NCBI GenBank assembly: GCA_002402635.1
Contig: DHGE01000167.1
Span: 9,241 to 68,017 of the forward strand
Direction: 5' to 3'
DNA: 58,777 bases
DNA from: Deferribacterales bacterium UBA4806
GTDB lineage: Bacteria; Chrysiogenota; Deferribacteres; Deferribacterales; UBA228
Each line of letters begins with the position of its first letter. The first letter of the stretch is position 1. The notes under the pieces are model-generated. The model saw nothing but the letters and a program-made list of their open reading frames with translations. It had not been told where the DNA came from and searched no databases. Positions 49,894-58,777 of this stretch are shown piece by piece. Made by a program: the position numbers and the translations under genes.

Positions 49894-50637
49894 TACTTTT
49901 AAAAATTTTGTTATTACTTTACTGACCTGTTCAGGTTGGTCCCACAACACCATGTGTCCTGCCTTCTCTAATAAAATTAACTGAGAATTCTTTATATTTT
50001 TATGTAAGTGTTTTGAATATTCTGGGGGTGTTATTACATCATTTTCCCCACACATAATACATGTTTTTACAGATATTCTATAAAGCTTATCAATAATATT
50101 AAAGTTATTACATGCTAAGAGATCATTATATCTAACCATATAATGTGTTTTGTAATATTCTGTCTCAATTTTTTTGATAATATTAAAAGGTGTAACTTTT
50201 GAATAAGCATGTTCATAAAAAATACCATTATTCTTAACTAATTGAAGCATTTCAATTGGAATTATAAATTTTGCTCCAGTACTTATTAAAATTAACCCCC
50301 TTAATTTACTTTGAAATTTTAGAGCATATTGCAAACCTATAGCACCGCCCATAGAATGGCCTGCCAAAACAAAATCTTTCAGCCCCAGTTCAATAACAAC
50401 ACTTTCAATAAAATCTGCATAGCCTTCAATTGACCTAAATCCATCTCCTGGAGATTTACCGTGGCCTGGTAAATCTATAACAATCTGATAAAATCCATCA
50501 AATTTTTTATATGTAATATACTCCCATAGACTTCCTGTTGCACCAGCTCCATGTATAAAGATAATAGGTAAAACACCATTCCTTTTATTATATTCCATTA
50601 TATATATTTTATTTAAACCTATATAACAGCAACTCAT
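49888..50637 (-). CDS. Alpha/beta hydrolase
   Basis: FIHGAG, DLPGHG, GHSMGG nucleophile elbow, GEND, AGH. Confidence 0.92.
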   Translation of the reverse strand: MSCCYIGLNKIYIMEYNKRNGVLPIIFIHGAGATGSLWEYITYKKFDGFYQIVIDLPGHGKSPGDGFRSIEGYADFIESVVIELGLKDFVLAGHSMGGAIGLQYALKFQSKLRGLILISTGAKFIIPIEMLQLVKNNGIFYEHAYSKVTPFNIIKKIETEYYKTHYMVRYNDLLACNNFNIIDKLYRISVKTCIMCGENDVITPPEYSKHLHKNIKNSQLILLEKAGHMVLWDQPEQVSKVITKFLKVL

Positions 50638-50810
50638 ATTATTTTTTAAGGTAATTCATAGTTTATGTATAATATTATTAGTTTTATTCTTTTTATAATA
50701 TACTTTTATAAGATAAAGTCAATAATTTTTCTAATATTTGAATATTACTTGATTTTATTTAATTTAAAATTTATATAATAAAATATGATTTTAAAAATAG
50801 AGAGGTTTTT

Positions 50811-52289
50811 TTGAGAAACAGAGACAGCTGGGCTACAAGAATCGGTTTAATTTTTGCCATGTCTGGCGCTGCAATTGGGCTTGGCAATTTTGTAAGGTTC
50901 CCAGCTCAAATTGCCAAATCAGGATCTGGTGGTAGTTTCATGCTCCCCTACTTAATAGCTTTAATAATTCTTGGAATACCTTTATTGTGGATCGAATGGG
51001 CTTTGGGAAGACATGGTGGTAAATATGGCCATGGTACATTACCTCTTATTTTTCACAAAATAGCAAAAAATAGTCTTTTAAAGTATCTAGGCGTTTTGGG
51101 TATTGCAATCCCTGTTTTTATAGCCTCTTATTATACTTGGGTTGCCTCCTGGGGAATAAGTTATTCATTTTTTTCTTTATTTAATATATACGAAGGTGCT
51201 GACAAAGTTGAGTTTTTAAAAAGCTTTACAGGCGGATCAAAAACATATTTCCCATCAATTGCTTATTCAATGATATCATATATTATAATCCTCTTCCTTC
51301 TATATTATGTTATGTCAAAGGATATAAAAAAAGGTATAGAGAAATATGTAAAAATATTTATGCCTATACTATTTATATTTGGATTAATATTAGTTGTAAG
51401 AGTTCTTTTGTTGGGCAAAGGCATACTACCTGGATTAGCTTACATATGGAAACCAAATTTTGCAGGTTTACTTAATTGGCATATATGGATATTAGCTGCA
51501 GGGCAAATATTCTTAACACTATCTATAGGACAAGGACAGATGCCAGTTTATGCAAGCTATCTGTCAGACGAAGACGACATCTCACTAGGACCCATGACCC
51601 AAGCTAGCATAAATGAATTTGCCGAAGTAATAATTGGTGCAACCATTTCAATACCTATTATTTTTTATTTTTTCCAAAACTTAAAACCTGAACATGCTCA
51701 AGGATTCAATTTAGCTTTTATAGCAATGCCTATGGTTATGGAAAAAATGCCCTTTGGCAATTTTTTTGGAGCTATTTGGTTTTTTCTATTATTTTTAGCA
51801 GGAATTACCACATTGTTTGCTCTACTTCAACCTGCTGTTAGCTTTTTACAAGACAATTTTAATACTCCAAAATATAAAGCCTCTTTAATTGTTGTATCAA
51901 CTGTTTTCCTTCTCTCTATACCTCCAATTTTGTGGTACCATAAAGGAGTATTCGATGATGTAGATTTCTGGATGGGCTCACTTTTACTAATTGTTATTAG
52001 TCTATTAGAAGTATATGTTTTCGCTTGGATTTTAGGGATTGAAAAAGGCTTTGATGAACTCAACAAGGGTGCAAAATGGAAAATCCCTAATTTTTATAAA
52101 TATATTATTAAATATGTTACACCTCTATTTCTAATATTTCTTCTTATCATGTGGACAATTACTGATTTGCCAAACTATATAAAAAATATTAATATCTATA
52201 TCTGGATTGAAAGAGCACTGATAGTACTGGTATTAGTTATATTATGCATTCTAACATCAATAGCAACAAAAGAATCAAATAAAACTTAA
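50811..52289 (+). CDS. Sodium-dependent NSS-family (LeuT-like) amino-acid transporter
   Basis: WATRIGLIFAMSGAAIGLGNFVRFP, GGSFMLPY, AAGQIFLTLS; about 12 TM helices. GAGG SD before TTG. Confidence 0.93.
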   Translation: MRNRDSWATRIGLIFAMSGAAIGLGNFVRFPAQIAKSGSGGSFMLPYLIALIILGIPLLWIEWALGRHGGKYGHGTLPLIFHKIAKNSLLKYLGVLGIAIPVFIASYYTWVASWGISYSFFSLFNIYEGADKVEFLKSFTGGSKTYFPSIAYSMISYIIILFLLYYVMSKDIKKGIEKYVKIFMPILFIFGLILVVRVLLLGKGILPGLAYIWKPNFAGLLNWHIWILAAGQIFLTLSIGQGQMPVYASYLSDEDDISLGPMTQASINEFAEVIIGATISIPIIFYFFQNLKPEHAQGFNLAFIAMPMVMEKMPFGNFFGAIWFFLLFLAGITTLFALLQPAVSFLQDNFNTPKYKASLIVVSTVFLLSIPPILWYHKGVFDDVDFWMGSLLLIVISLLEVYVFAWILGIEKGFDELNKGAKWKIPNFYKYIIKYVTPLFLIFLLIMWTITDLPNYIKNINIYIWIERALIVLVLVILCILTSIATKESNKT

Positions 52290-55159
52290 AATAAACCCTC
52301 TATAAATTTATCAATTTTTTTCTTTAAAGGCACAATTTCCTTTTGTAATTTTCTCCCAAGAGTCTTCTCTATGTAGGACTTGTAATCGATATTTTGCTTA
52401 GGATTTTTAATGGGGCCTTTGTAATGAATTAACAGTTCTTTATTTAATATGTCAGTATATAACACATTACTATTTTCTTTAGATGAATTATCAAAAGTAG
52501 GTCTCAATAAACTTAAATACATATTATAATCTATATAATTCTCAGGCACATTAACTAAACCATCTCCTCTTATTCTAAAAATTGGAGAGTGTATCAACAA
52601 ATCATTATTATAAAATATGCCATTAACAACATTTATATTAGCTTTGACACCAGAATAATCCTGCAATGTTCTATTAAATGCAAAATCATCCTGTCCAATA
52701 AGACTAAATATATTTCTTAAAATAAACCCTATATTTAGACCGTTCAATGTGCCTTTGTGAATATTAACAAATATTTTTCCATTTAATTTATTCAGCAATT
52801 CATTAATATCATTTCCAGAGCTTTGTAGCTCAATATCTAAGTCTCCAAGACCTGTAAAAACTGGCTTATCTACAAGATCAACAATTAACTTATCCATAGT
52901 TACTTCAGCTACCTTACCATTCAATCCAAAAGATGGATCAATTTCCTCTGTATTAATATGTAATAAGCCTTTTAATTTACCATTATAAAACAGGGCGTTA
53001 ACATCTAATGTATAATTATGATTTTCACCACCACCATTCAATTTTATCTTATCTATTGTTAATTTATTAAATACCAGTTTATTAATCGCTAATTCTGCAT
53101 TAATTTTTAAATTGTTTGCTACTGGCTTCTTATTATTTAAATTATTTTTTTTGGAACTATCATTTTCTAAGATATCATTATTTACTGTATTAACAACACT
53201 GTATAAACCCATAATATCATTAACATTAATGTAATCTGCAGTTACAGATAAATTTAATATGTATGGTCTCCTAAAATTACTCTCCAGGTTCCATTCTAAA
53301 TGAGAATTCTTGTATGTGAACAAACCATTTTTAAAAACAACCCGATTATCTTTAAAGTGTATATCAAAATCAGCTTTTGCAGCTAATGTGTTATTACTAT
53401 TTTTTGCTTCTGATGCACCAGTAAAAAAGGCTATGTCACCTAAATTTATATTGCATGAGAAGGAACCTCTTACTCTTTTTAAAATATCTATAGCATTACT
53501 ATTTAATATGAAATTAATATGTGATTTATTAAAATTTATATTCAGGGCTTCAATGCTTATATCACCATTATTATTAATATTTCCTTTTAATATTATACTG
53601 AAAGTCTTATCATTAACAATAGTACTAAAAGTAATTTTTTTAAATAGAAGCAAACCTCTATTATACATTAATGAAAACTCTAAAGAAGGTTTATTTAATG
53701 TTTCAAATGTTTTAATATCTTTTTTAAACAGTTCTTTCAATGATATCATATTTGCAAAAGCTTTAAGGTTTAAAATAGATTCGCCTGCTTTATTTCTTTT
53801 GAAAGTTATATGCGTATTAAATAGTGTTTCATTATGTTGCAATTTCAAATCGTTTAAAAATTGTCCATCTTCCAACGTGGTGTGTAAAGTCAGATTATTC
53901 AATGTCCTGTTATCAATGATTAACTGTTTTACCGATAAATTACCGTCAAGAGCAAATCTATCAATGTTAATTTCCTTAATTTTATCTACATATGCAAGAA
54001 AACTCATAAAATCATGAGGACTGTATTTATGATCCTCTTTTTTCTCTTTTACCGGTTTTTTAGATAGTTTATTAACTTTTATTTTATCTACATTTATGTA
54101 ATATTTTATATCTATTTTGTTTGTAAACGCAATTTCTGCGCTGCCTAAACTCTTTAAAGTACCATAAATCAATGAAAGGTCTGACAACTTTAATTTTTTA
54201 TCTTGATAATCAATATTTCCAGACAATTTTAAGTCTTTATTATTATACACATAATTTAATTGTGTGTTGCCTGTAATACTATAATTGCCATCCTTTGAAT
54301 TAATTTCAATATTTGCAAGTGCCTTAAAGGTATCATAACTTATATTAATATTCTTAATATTAGAAACTCCTGACCTGAAATTTAAACTGCCTGAAAAAGA
54401 GCAATAAATATTATTTAACTGATTACCTTCTATTTTTATATTACTTATTTTTAACTCATTATTTAATAAACTAATAGTTTCCAAGCCCTTTTTTAAAGTT
54501 CCATTAGCTCTAATTGAACTTGTATTTTTATTAAATATTACATCTGTTGAGAAACTATATTGCACTGCTTCTTTTTTACCCAGGTTATTCATATCAATAT
54601 TAAGATTCTTTAATGTTATAAATTGTTTATTTTTGTAATTCTTTACACTTATCACACCCTTCTCAACATTAATATTATCAATGAAGATCTCCAAACTTTT
54701 AAATCTTTTATTCTCATTCAAATTTTGGTCAACTTTAGATTTATTGCCCTCAATTTTTTTTATTAAATCCATCCAGTTATCTGTACCATTGTCAAGAGTG
54801 ATTAAGTTGAACTCTGGTTGAATTAATGATATATTTTTTATTGATACCACTTTTTCTCTAATAAGTTTGACAAGATCTAAAGATATATTAATTTTACCAA
54901 TTTTAATAAAATATTTATCTTCAAAAGCAGAAGGATTATAAATTCCTATTTTATCTATATCCAAAGAAAAAAAGGGATATAAAGAAAGTCCTAAATCACC
55001 TACAATTTCAACTTTTCTATCTATCTGTTCAGAAATAAGATTTTCTATATCAGTTTTATATTTAGAAAGATCAAAAAACAATATAAAACCAATTATCAAT
55101 AATATTACACAAAAAGATAATATTGAAATTGAAATTGTAAGATATTTTATAACTTTCAC
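52286..55159 (-). CDS. AsmA-family protein, extended
   Basis: N-terminal TM; FDLSKYK..I...ISEQIDRKVEIVGDL, G.DNW.DL; beta-rich body; C-terminal NNDL.I.SP.FRIRGDG..IDY. Confidence 0.85.
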   Translation of the reverse strand: MKVIKYLTISISILSFCVILLIIGFILFFDLSKYKTDIENLISEQIDRKVEIVGDLGLSLYPFFSLDIDKIGIYNPSAFEDKYFIKIGKINISLDLVKLIREKVVSIKNISLIQPEFNLITLDNGTDNWMDLIKKIEGNKSKVDQNLNENKRFKSLEIFIDNINVEKGVISVKNYKNKQFITLKNLNIDMNNLGKKEAVQYSFSTDVIFNKNTSSIRANGTLKKGLETISLLNNELKISNIKIEGNQLNNIYCSFSGSLNFRSGVSNIKNINISYDTFKALANIEINSKDGNYSITGNTQLNYVYNNKDLKLSGNIDYQDKKLKLSDLSLIYGTLKSLGSAEIAFTNKIDIKYYINVDKIKVNKLSKKPVKEKKEDHKYSPHDFMSFLAYVDKIKEINIDRFALDGNLSVKQLIIDNRTLNNLTLHTTLEDGQFLNDLKLQHNETLFNTHITFKRNKAGESILNLKAFANMISLKELFKKDIKTFETLNKPSLEFSLMYNRGLLLFKKITFSTIVNDKTFSIILKGNINNNGDISIEALNINFNKSHINFILNSNAIDILKRVRGSFSCNINLGDIAFFTGASEAKNSNNTLAAKADFDIHFKDNRVVFKNGLFTYKNSHLEWNLESNFRRPYILNLSVTADYINVNDIMGLYSVVNTVNNDILENDSSKKNNLNNKKPVANNLKINAELAINKLVFNKLTIDKIKLNGGGENHNYTLDVNALFYNGKLKGLLHINTEEIDPSFGLNGKVAEVTMDKLIVDLVDKPVFTGLGDLDIELQSSGNDINELLNKLNGKIFVNIHKGTLNGLNIGFILRNIFSLIGQDDFAFNRTLQDYSGVKANINVVNGIFYNNDLLIHSPIFRIRGDGLVNVPENYIDYNMYLSLLRPTFDNSSKENSNVLYTDILNKELLIHYKGPIKNPKQNIDYKSYIEKTLGRKLQKEIVPLKKKIDKFIEGLF

Positions 55160-55168
55160 TTTATAATA

Positions 55169-55781
55169 TTAACCTTTTAATAATTTTGCTATTTTTGCTA
55201 CGTGTGCACCCTGAAATTTAGCAATTTCATATTCATTTGTTGAGGGTTGTCTTGATCCATCAACTCCTGCTAAAGTAGAAGCTCCATAGGGACTTCCTCC
55301 AGTGATCTCCTTCATTTCAGCTAAACCGTGAGTATGGAACTCCCACTACTATCATACCATGATGAAGCAAAACTGTTAAAAACGTAAAAATAGTAGTCTC
55401 CTGCCCACCATGCTGCGTTGCAGTGGAAGTAAAAACACTTCCCACTTTATTTATAAGAGCGCCTTTTGCCCATAGTTGCCCTGTCTGGTCAATAAAATTT
55501 TTCATCTGTGAGCACATATTCCCAAATCTAGTGGGTGTACCAAAAATAATTGCATCTGCCTCAGTAAGTTGATGGGCACTTATGATTGGGATATGAGCAA
55601 ATTTTTGTCTAGATTCATAAGCCCCCGTTTTTTCTAATACATCAAGAGGCACTAATTCAGGAACTTGAAATATTTTAACCTCTACACCTTCAACATTTCT
55701 AGATCCTTCGGCAATATATGTCGCAAGCTCATAAGTATGACCATACATACTATAAAATACTACATAAACCTTTACATTCAT
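55169..55781 (-). pseudogene. wrbA: NAD(P)H:quinone oxidoreductase WrbA, frameshifted
   Basis: [24 protein letters not shown], then VPYS-RFS-stop at 55317. The canonical C-terminus [32 protein letters not shown] continues in another frame to TAA at 55169. Confidence 0.88.
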
Positions 55782-55879
55782 TAACGCCCCCTATTCTAAC
55801 TATATGAATAATATAGTATTACTTTGTAACTATATAAAAAACTAGAACTTAATATAAAGTTACATCATTTCTATATATA

Positions 55880-55908
55880 TTGCAAATTATTAATAATATT
55901 ATTAAACT
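55880..55908 (+). promoter_or_regulatory. Sigma70-type promoter of rtcB, leaderless geometry
   Basis: TTGCAA-17 nt-TAAACT-6 nt-ATG (55915), no SD. Confidence 0.5.
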
Positions 55909-55914
55909 AGATAT

Positions 55915-57375
55915 ATGAATAATATTAAAGAAGAAAACCTTAAAAGAATTTCAGAATATATATATGAAATACCAGTGGATAAAAACTATGGAATGAAGGT
56001 AAAGGGTTTAATCTATGCCTCAGATAAAATAATAAAAAATGTTATAGATGATGGTAGTCTAACACAGATTAAAAATGCTGCCTGCCTTCCAGGAATTGTT
56101 AAAGCCTCTATCGCAATGCCAGATATACATTTTGGATATGGATTACCTATAGGTGGAATAGTTGCTACTGATATAGAAAATGGTGGAGTAATAACTCCTG
56201 GAGGCGTAGGATTTGATATAAATTGTGGGGTAAGATTGATTGTATTTGATATTTTACAAAAAGATTTAAAAGAAAATACTGAACTTTTAGCTAAAAGTTT
56301 GTTTACAGAGATCCCTAGTGGAATTGGCGAAGGAGGCAACATCTCTTTAGATAATAAGGAGCTTAAGAGAGTTTTAACCAATGGGGCCCATTGGGCTATT
56401 GAAAAAGGATATGGCTTCCCAAATAATTTAGAAAAGATAGAATCTAATGGAGTATTAGCTAATGCGAATCCAGATATTGTATCTTTTAGAGCCTTAGAAA
56501 GGGGTTCTAATCAAGTTGGAACATTAGGCAGTGGTAATCATTTCTTAGAACTAGGATATATTGAAACAATATTTAATACAGACATTGCTGAAAAGTGGCA
56601 GCTAAAAAAGGATAATGTTACACTACTTATCCACTCAGGTTCACGAGGATTGGGCCATCAGATATGTACAGATTTTTTAAGAATATTTGAACAAACTATA
56701 AAAAAATATAATATAACTGTTCCAGATAGACAACTTGCATGCTCGCCATATAACTCTAAGGAAAGTCAAGAATATTTAGCAGCACTCGCTGGAGCTGCAA
56801 ATTACGCCTGGGCTAATAGAGAAGTACTTGGGTACTTAGCGATAAATGTTATACTTAATGTTTTAAATATATCAAGTGATTATGCCAGGCCAAGACTTAT
56901 ATATGACTTAGCCCATAATATTGTTAAAATTGAAGAATTCTTCATAAATAAAAATATAAAGAAATTAGCAGTACACAGAAAAGGAGCAACAAGAGCTTTA
57001 CCAGCAAATCATAAAGATTTGCCACAAATATATAAAGAAACAGGACAACCTGTGATTATTCCAGGAGATATGGGACGATACTCTTTTCTCCTTGTAGGTT
57101 CTAATAGTGCAACAGAATTGAGTTTTAACTCTGCTTGCCACGGCGCAGGCAGAGTTAAAAGCAGGCACAGAGCAATTATTGATGCACAAAATAGGAATAT
57201 TGCTAATGAATTAAAATCAAAAGGTATAATAGCCATTGGAAGAGGTAAGAAAACCTTGAGAGAAGAAATGCCAGATGCCTATAAGGATGTTGATGAAGTT
57301 GTAGAAGTCGTTGATTCACTAAATATAGCAAAAAAAGTGGCTAAAATAAGGCCCATGGCCGTTATTAAAGGTTGA
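55915..57375 (+). CDS. rtcB: RtcB RNA ligase
   Basis: MPDIH.GYG.PIGG, GFDINCG, GTLGSGNHF, HSGSRG, AHN, HRKGAT, PGDMG, HGAGR, AYKD. Confidence 0.97.
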   Translation: MNNIKEENLKRISEYIYEIPVDKNYGMKVKGLIYASDKIIKNVIDDGSLTQIKNAACLPGIVKASIAMPDIHFGYGLPIGGIVATDIENGGVITPGGVGFDINCGVRLIVFDILQKDLKENTELLAKSLFTEIPSGIGEGGNISLDNKELKRVLTNGAHWAIEKGYGFPNNLEKIESNGVLANANPDIVSFRALERGSNQVGTLGSGNHFLELGYIETIFNTDIAEKWQLKKDNVTLLIHSGSRGLGHQICTDFLRIFEQTIKKYNITVPDRQLACSPYNSKESQEYLAALAGAANYAWANREVLGYLAINVILNVLNISSDYARPRLIYDLAHNIVKIEEFFINKNIKKLAVHRKGATRALPANHKDLPQIYKETGQPVIIPGDMGRYSFLLVGSNSATELSFNSACHGAGRVKSRHRAIIDAQNRNIANELKSKGIIAIGRGKKTLREEMPDAYKDVDEVVEVVDSLNIAKKVAKIRPMAVIKG

Positions 57376-57379
57376 AAAA

Positions 57380-57700
57380 ATGAAAAAAGAAAAATGGATG
57401 CTTATTGACAATATTGAAAAAGAAGACTTTCTGACCTGGGAAGAAGCCTCACTTTCAGATAGGGATAATAACAATATTGATATCTTTATAAAAAAGAAAA
57501 ATAGACATATCAATGCTAAAATTATTAAGAAAAATAACCAGACAAAAGTAATGGAATTACAACTTAATAATGATGAAACGTTCTATCTCGTTGATTTTCT
57601 GGTTCTCGATAAATTTTTCGAAGATAATCATATAATATTTGCCAACAGAACAGGGCTGCACAAAGAGATTAGAAGATACATCTATTACAGCTTTAATTGA
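57380..57700 (+). CDS. Hypothetical protein, probably co-transcribed with rtcB
   Basis: 106-aa ORF starting 4 nt after the rtcB stop; no recognised motif. Confidence 0.65.
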   Translation: MKKEKWMLIDNIEKEDFLTWEEASLSDRDNNNIDIFIKKKNRHINAKIIKKNNQTKVMELQLNNDETFYLVDFLVLDKFFEDNHIIFANRTGLHKEIRRYIYYSFN

Positions 57701-57714
57701 TTTTTTACATTTAA

Positions 57715-57742
57715 TTGAAAATATCCTTAAATATGCTATAAT
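57715..57742 (+). promoter_or_regulatory. Sigma70 promoter with extended -10, leaderless geometry
   Basis: TTGAAA-16 nt-TATAAT with TG immediately upstream (TGcTATAAT), then 6 nt to ATG (57749), no SD. Confidence 0.6.
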
Positions 57743-57748
57743 AAATAT

Positions 57749-58084
57749 ATGGAAGCAAAGATAAAGATTTTGTATATTTTAGTGCTTTTAATGTTCACTG
57801 TTATTACGCCTCTTTATGGCCAAACGCCTATAATGACAGGTGGTGGGGTAAATGAATATTATGCTATTATGTATAGTGCAGAACGTGGAGAATTTGTGAA
57901 AGTTGCTATTAATGAAATAAATGAAAGGGGCCCTTGGGAAGTTTACCCTCAATGCGTTCCTATTGGTGCGAACAGCCGCTATTTTATATTCTATTCACCT
58001 GGAGAAGGAGAACTTTTTAAAGTTAATATAGATAGTATGAATGAAGCCTCTTCATGGGCGTTTCCTTCTTTCTTTAATCAGTAA
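57749..58084 (+). CDS. Small exported protein made of two ~40-aa repeats
   Basis: Signal peptide, then YSAERGEFVKVAINEINERGPW and YSPGEGELFKVNIDSMNEASSW with a 40-residue period. Confidence 0.7.
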   Translation: MEAKIKILYILVLLMFTVITPLYGQTPIMTGGGVNEYYAIMYSAERGEFVKVAINEINERGPWEVYPQCVPIGANSRYFIFYSPGEGELFKVNIDSMNEASSWAFPSFFNQ

Positions 58085-58136
58085 TAGAAAAATAAAAACG
58101 TTGCCAATAATGTAATTTCTCAATAATATATAATCT

Positions 58137-58777
58137 ATGAATTTTGAAGAATTTCTTTACTCTGATCAACTAATCGTCTTTGATGGTGCAATGGGCACTT
58201 CTATCCAGAACTATAATAGCAACAATATAAAATGGGATGGTTATGAAGGGTGCAATGAATACTTAAACTTAAGTAATCCTGATATTATTTATGACATCCA
58301 CTGTTCCTTTTTAGAAGCAGGTGCGGACATTATTGAAACAAATACTTTTGGTGCAAATGAAATAATATTAAAAGAATACAATCTGGAAAAAGAATGTTAT
58401 AATATAAATAAAAAAGCTATAGAAATAGCAAAGTCTGCAGCACAAAAATACAATAAGTATGTAGCAGCTTCAATTGGGCCAACAAGCAAGCTACCAAGCC
58501 TTTTGCAGGTTTCTTTTGAAGAGCTTTGTATCGCCTACAGAGAACAGATCAGAGCTTTTATAGATTCAGCAGTGGATTTAATTATTATTGAAACATGTCA
58601 AGATTTACTACAGGTAAAAACAGCTCTTTTTTCAATATTTGAAAGTTTATATTCACACAAATTAGATATTCCTGTCATGCTTTCTATTTCATTACAAGAA
58701 AATGGAAATATGTTACTGGGCTCCAATATAGATGCAATAATAGCTTTAGCTGAAAATTATCCTATACATTCTTTAGG
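58137..58777 (+). CDS. metH: Homocysteine S-methyltransferase domain, probably cobalamin-dependent methionine synthase (5' part, truncated by the window)
   Basis: Manual translation: MNFEEF..VFDGAMGT..GCNEYLNL..IHCSFLEAGADIIETNTFGA..ASIGPTSKLPSL..IETCQDLLQVK. Not in the ORF track. Confidence 0.88.
   Translation, partial: MNFEEFLYSDQLIVFDGAMGTSIQNYNSNNIKWDGYEGCNEYLNLSNPDIIYDIHCSFLEAGADIIETNTFGANEIILKEYNLEKECYNINKKAIEIAKSAAQKYNKYVAASIGPTSKLPSLLQVSFEELCIAYREQIRAFIDSAVDLIIIETCQDLLQVKTALFSIFESLYSHKLDIPVMLSISLQENGNMLLGSNIDAIIALAENYPIHSL

Noticed and set aside
53310..54017. 235-aa plus-strand ORF
   Set aside because: Lies wholly antisense to asmA, has no SD or motif, and its Leu/Ile/Ser/Phe bias is what the reverse complement of an AT-rich gene gives.
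55814..55834. TTAC-TTT-GTAA palindrome between wrbA and rtcB as an operator
   Set aside because: Short, AT-rich, and no cognate regulator nearby; indistinguishable from chance.

Overview
A very AT-rich (about 30% GC or lower by eye), gene-dense bacterial chromosomal segment. Gene content and protein style suggest an anaerobic diderm, probably Deferribacterota-like (inference only). I see no prophage, IS, integrase or CRISPR array. In order, the window holds: a secreted S8 protease; a thiolase-less acyl-CoA oxidation operon (hbd, crt, acyl-CoA dehydrogenase, membrane Fe-S ETF:quinone oxidoreductase, etfBA, SCP2); CIRCE-controlled groESL; a peptidase-rich block (M24, signal-peptide-bearing PepN, SDH/Clp-fold, M14, CPBP) that also holds a PPi-type PFK and an SfsA/GIY-YIG fusion; a long housekeeping run headed by tRNA-Gln(TTG) (proB, proA, nadD, rsfS, trmL, prmA, phosphatase, rsmE, tadA, then suhB, pfkA, pduO, yqeY, cvpA, mutS2, menA); a frameshifted Rrf2 regulator before a heme-c-fused cytochrome bd-superfamily pair and an OCD-family gene; nrdJ; a putative glycolipid cluster; a LeuT-like transporter; a long AsmA protein; frameshifted wrbA; rtcB; two small unknowns; and the 5' part of metH. 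The best candidate for an undescribed system is the lipid cluster at 42322-49235. Its core protein joins a predicted periplasmic metallophosphoesterase domain, in which all five metal-binding motifs are replaced, to a cytoplasmic GT4 glycosyltransferase. It is flanked by a flippase-like protein, a DUF374 acyltransferase, FabF and an acyl-CoA ligase. Also notable: six genes have a leaderless promoter-to-start geometry, and two redox-related genes (rrf2, wrbA) are split by frameshifts.
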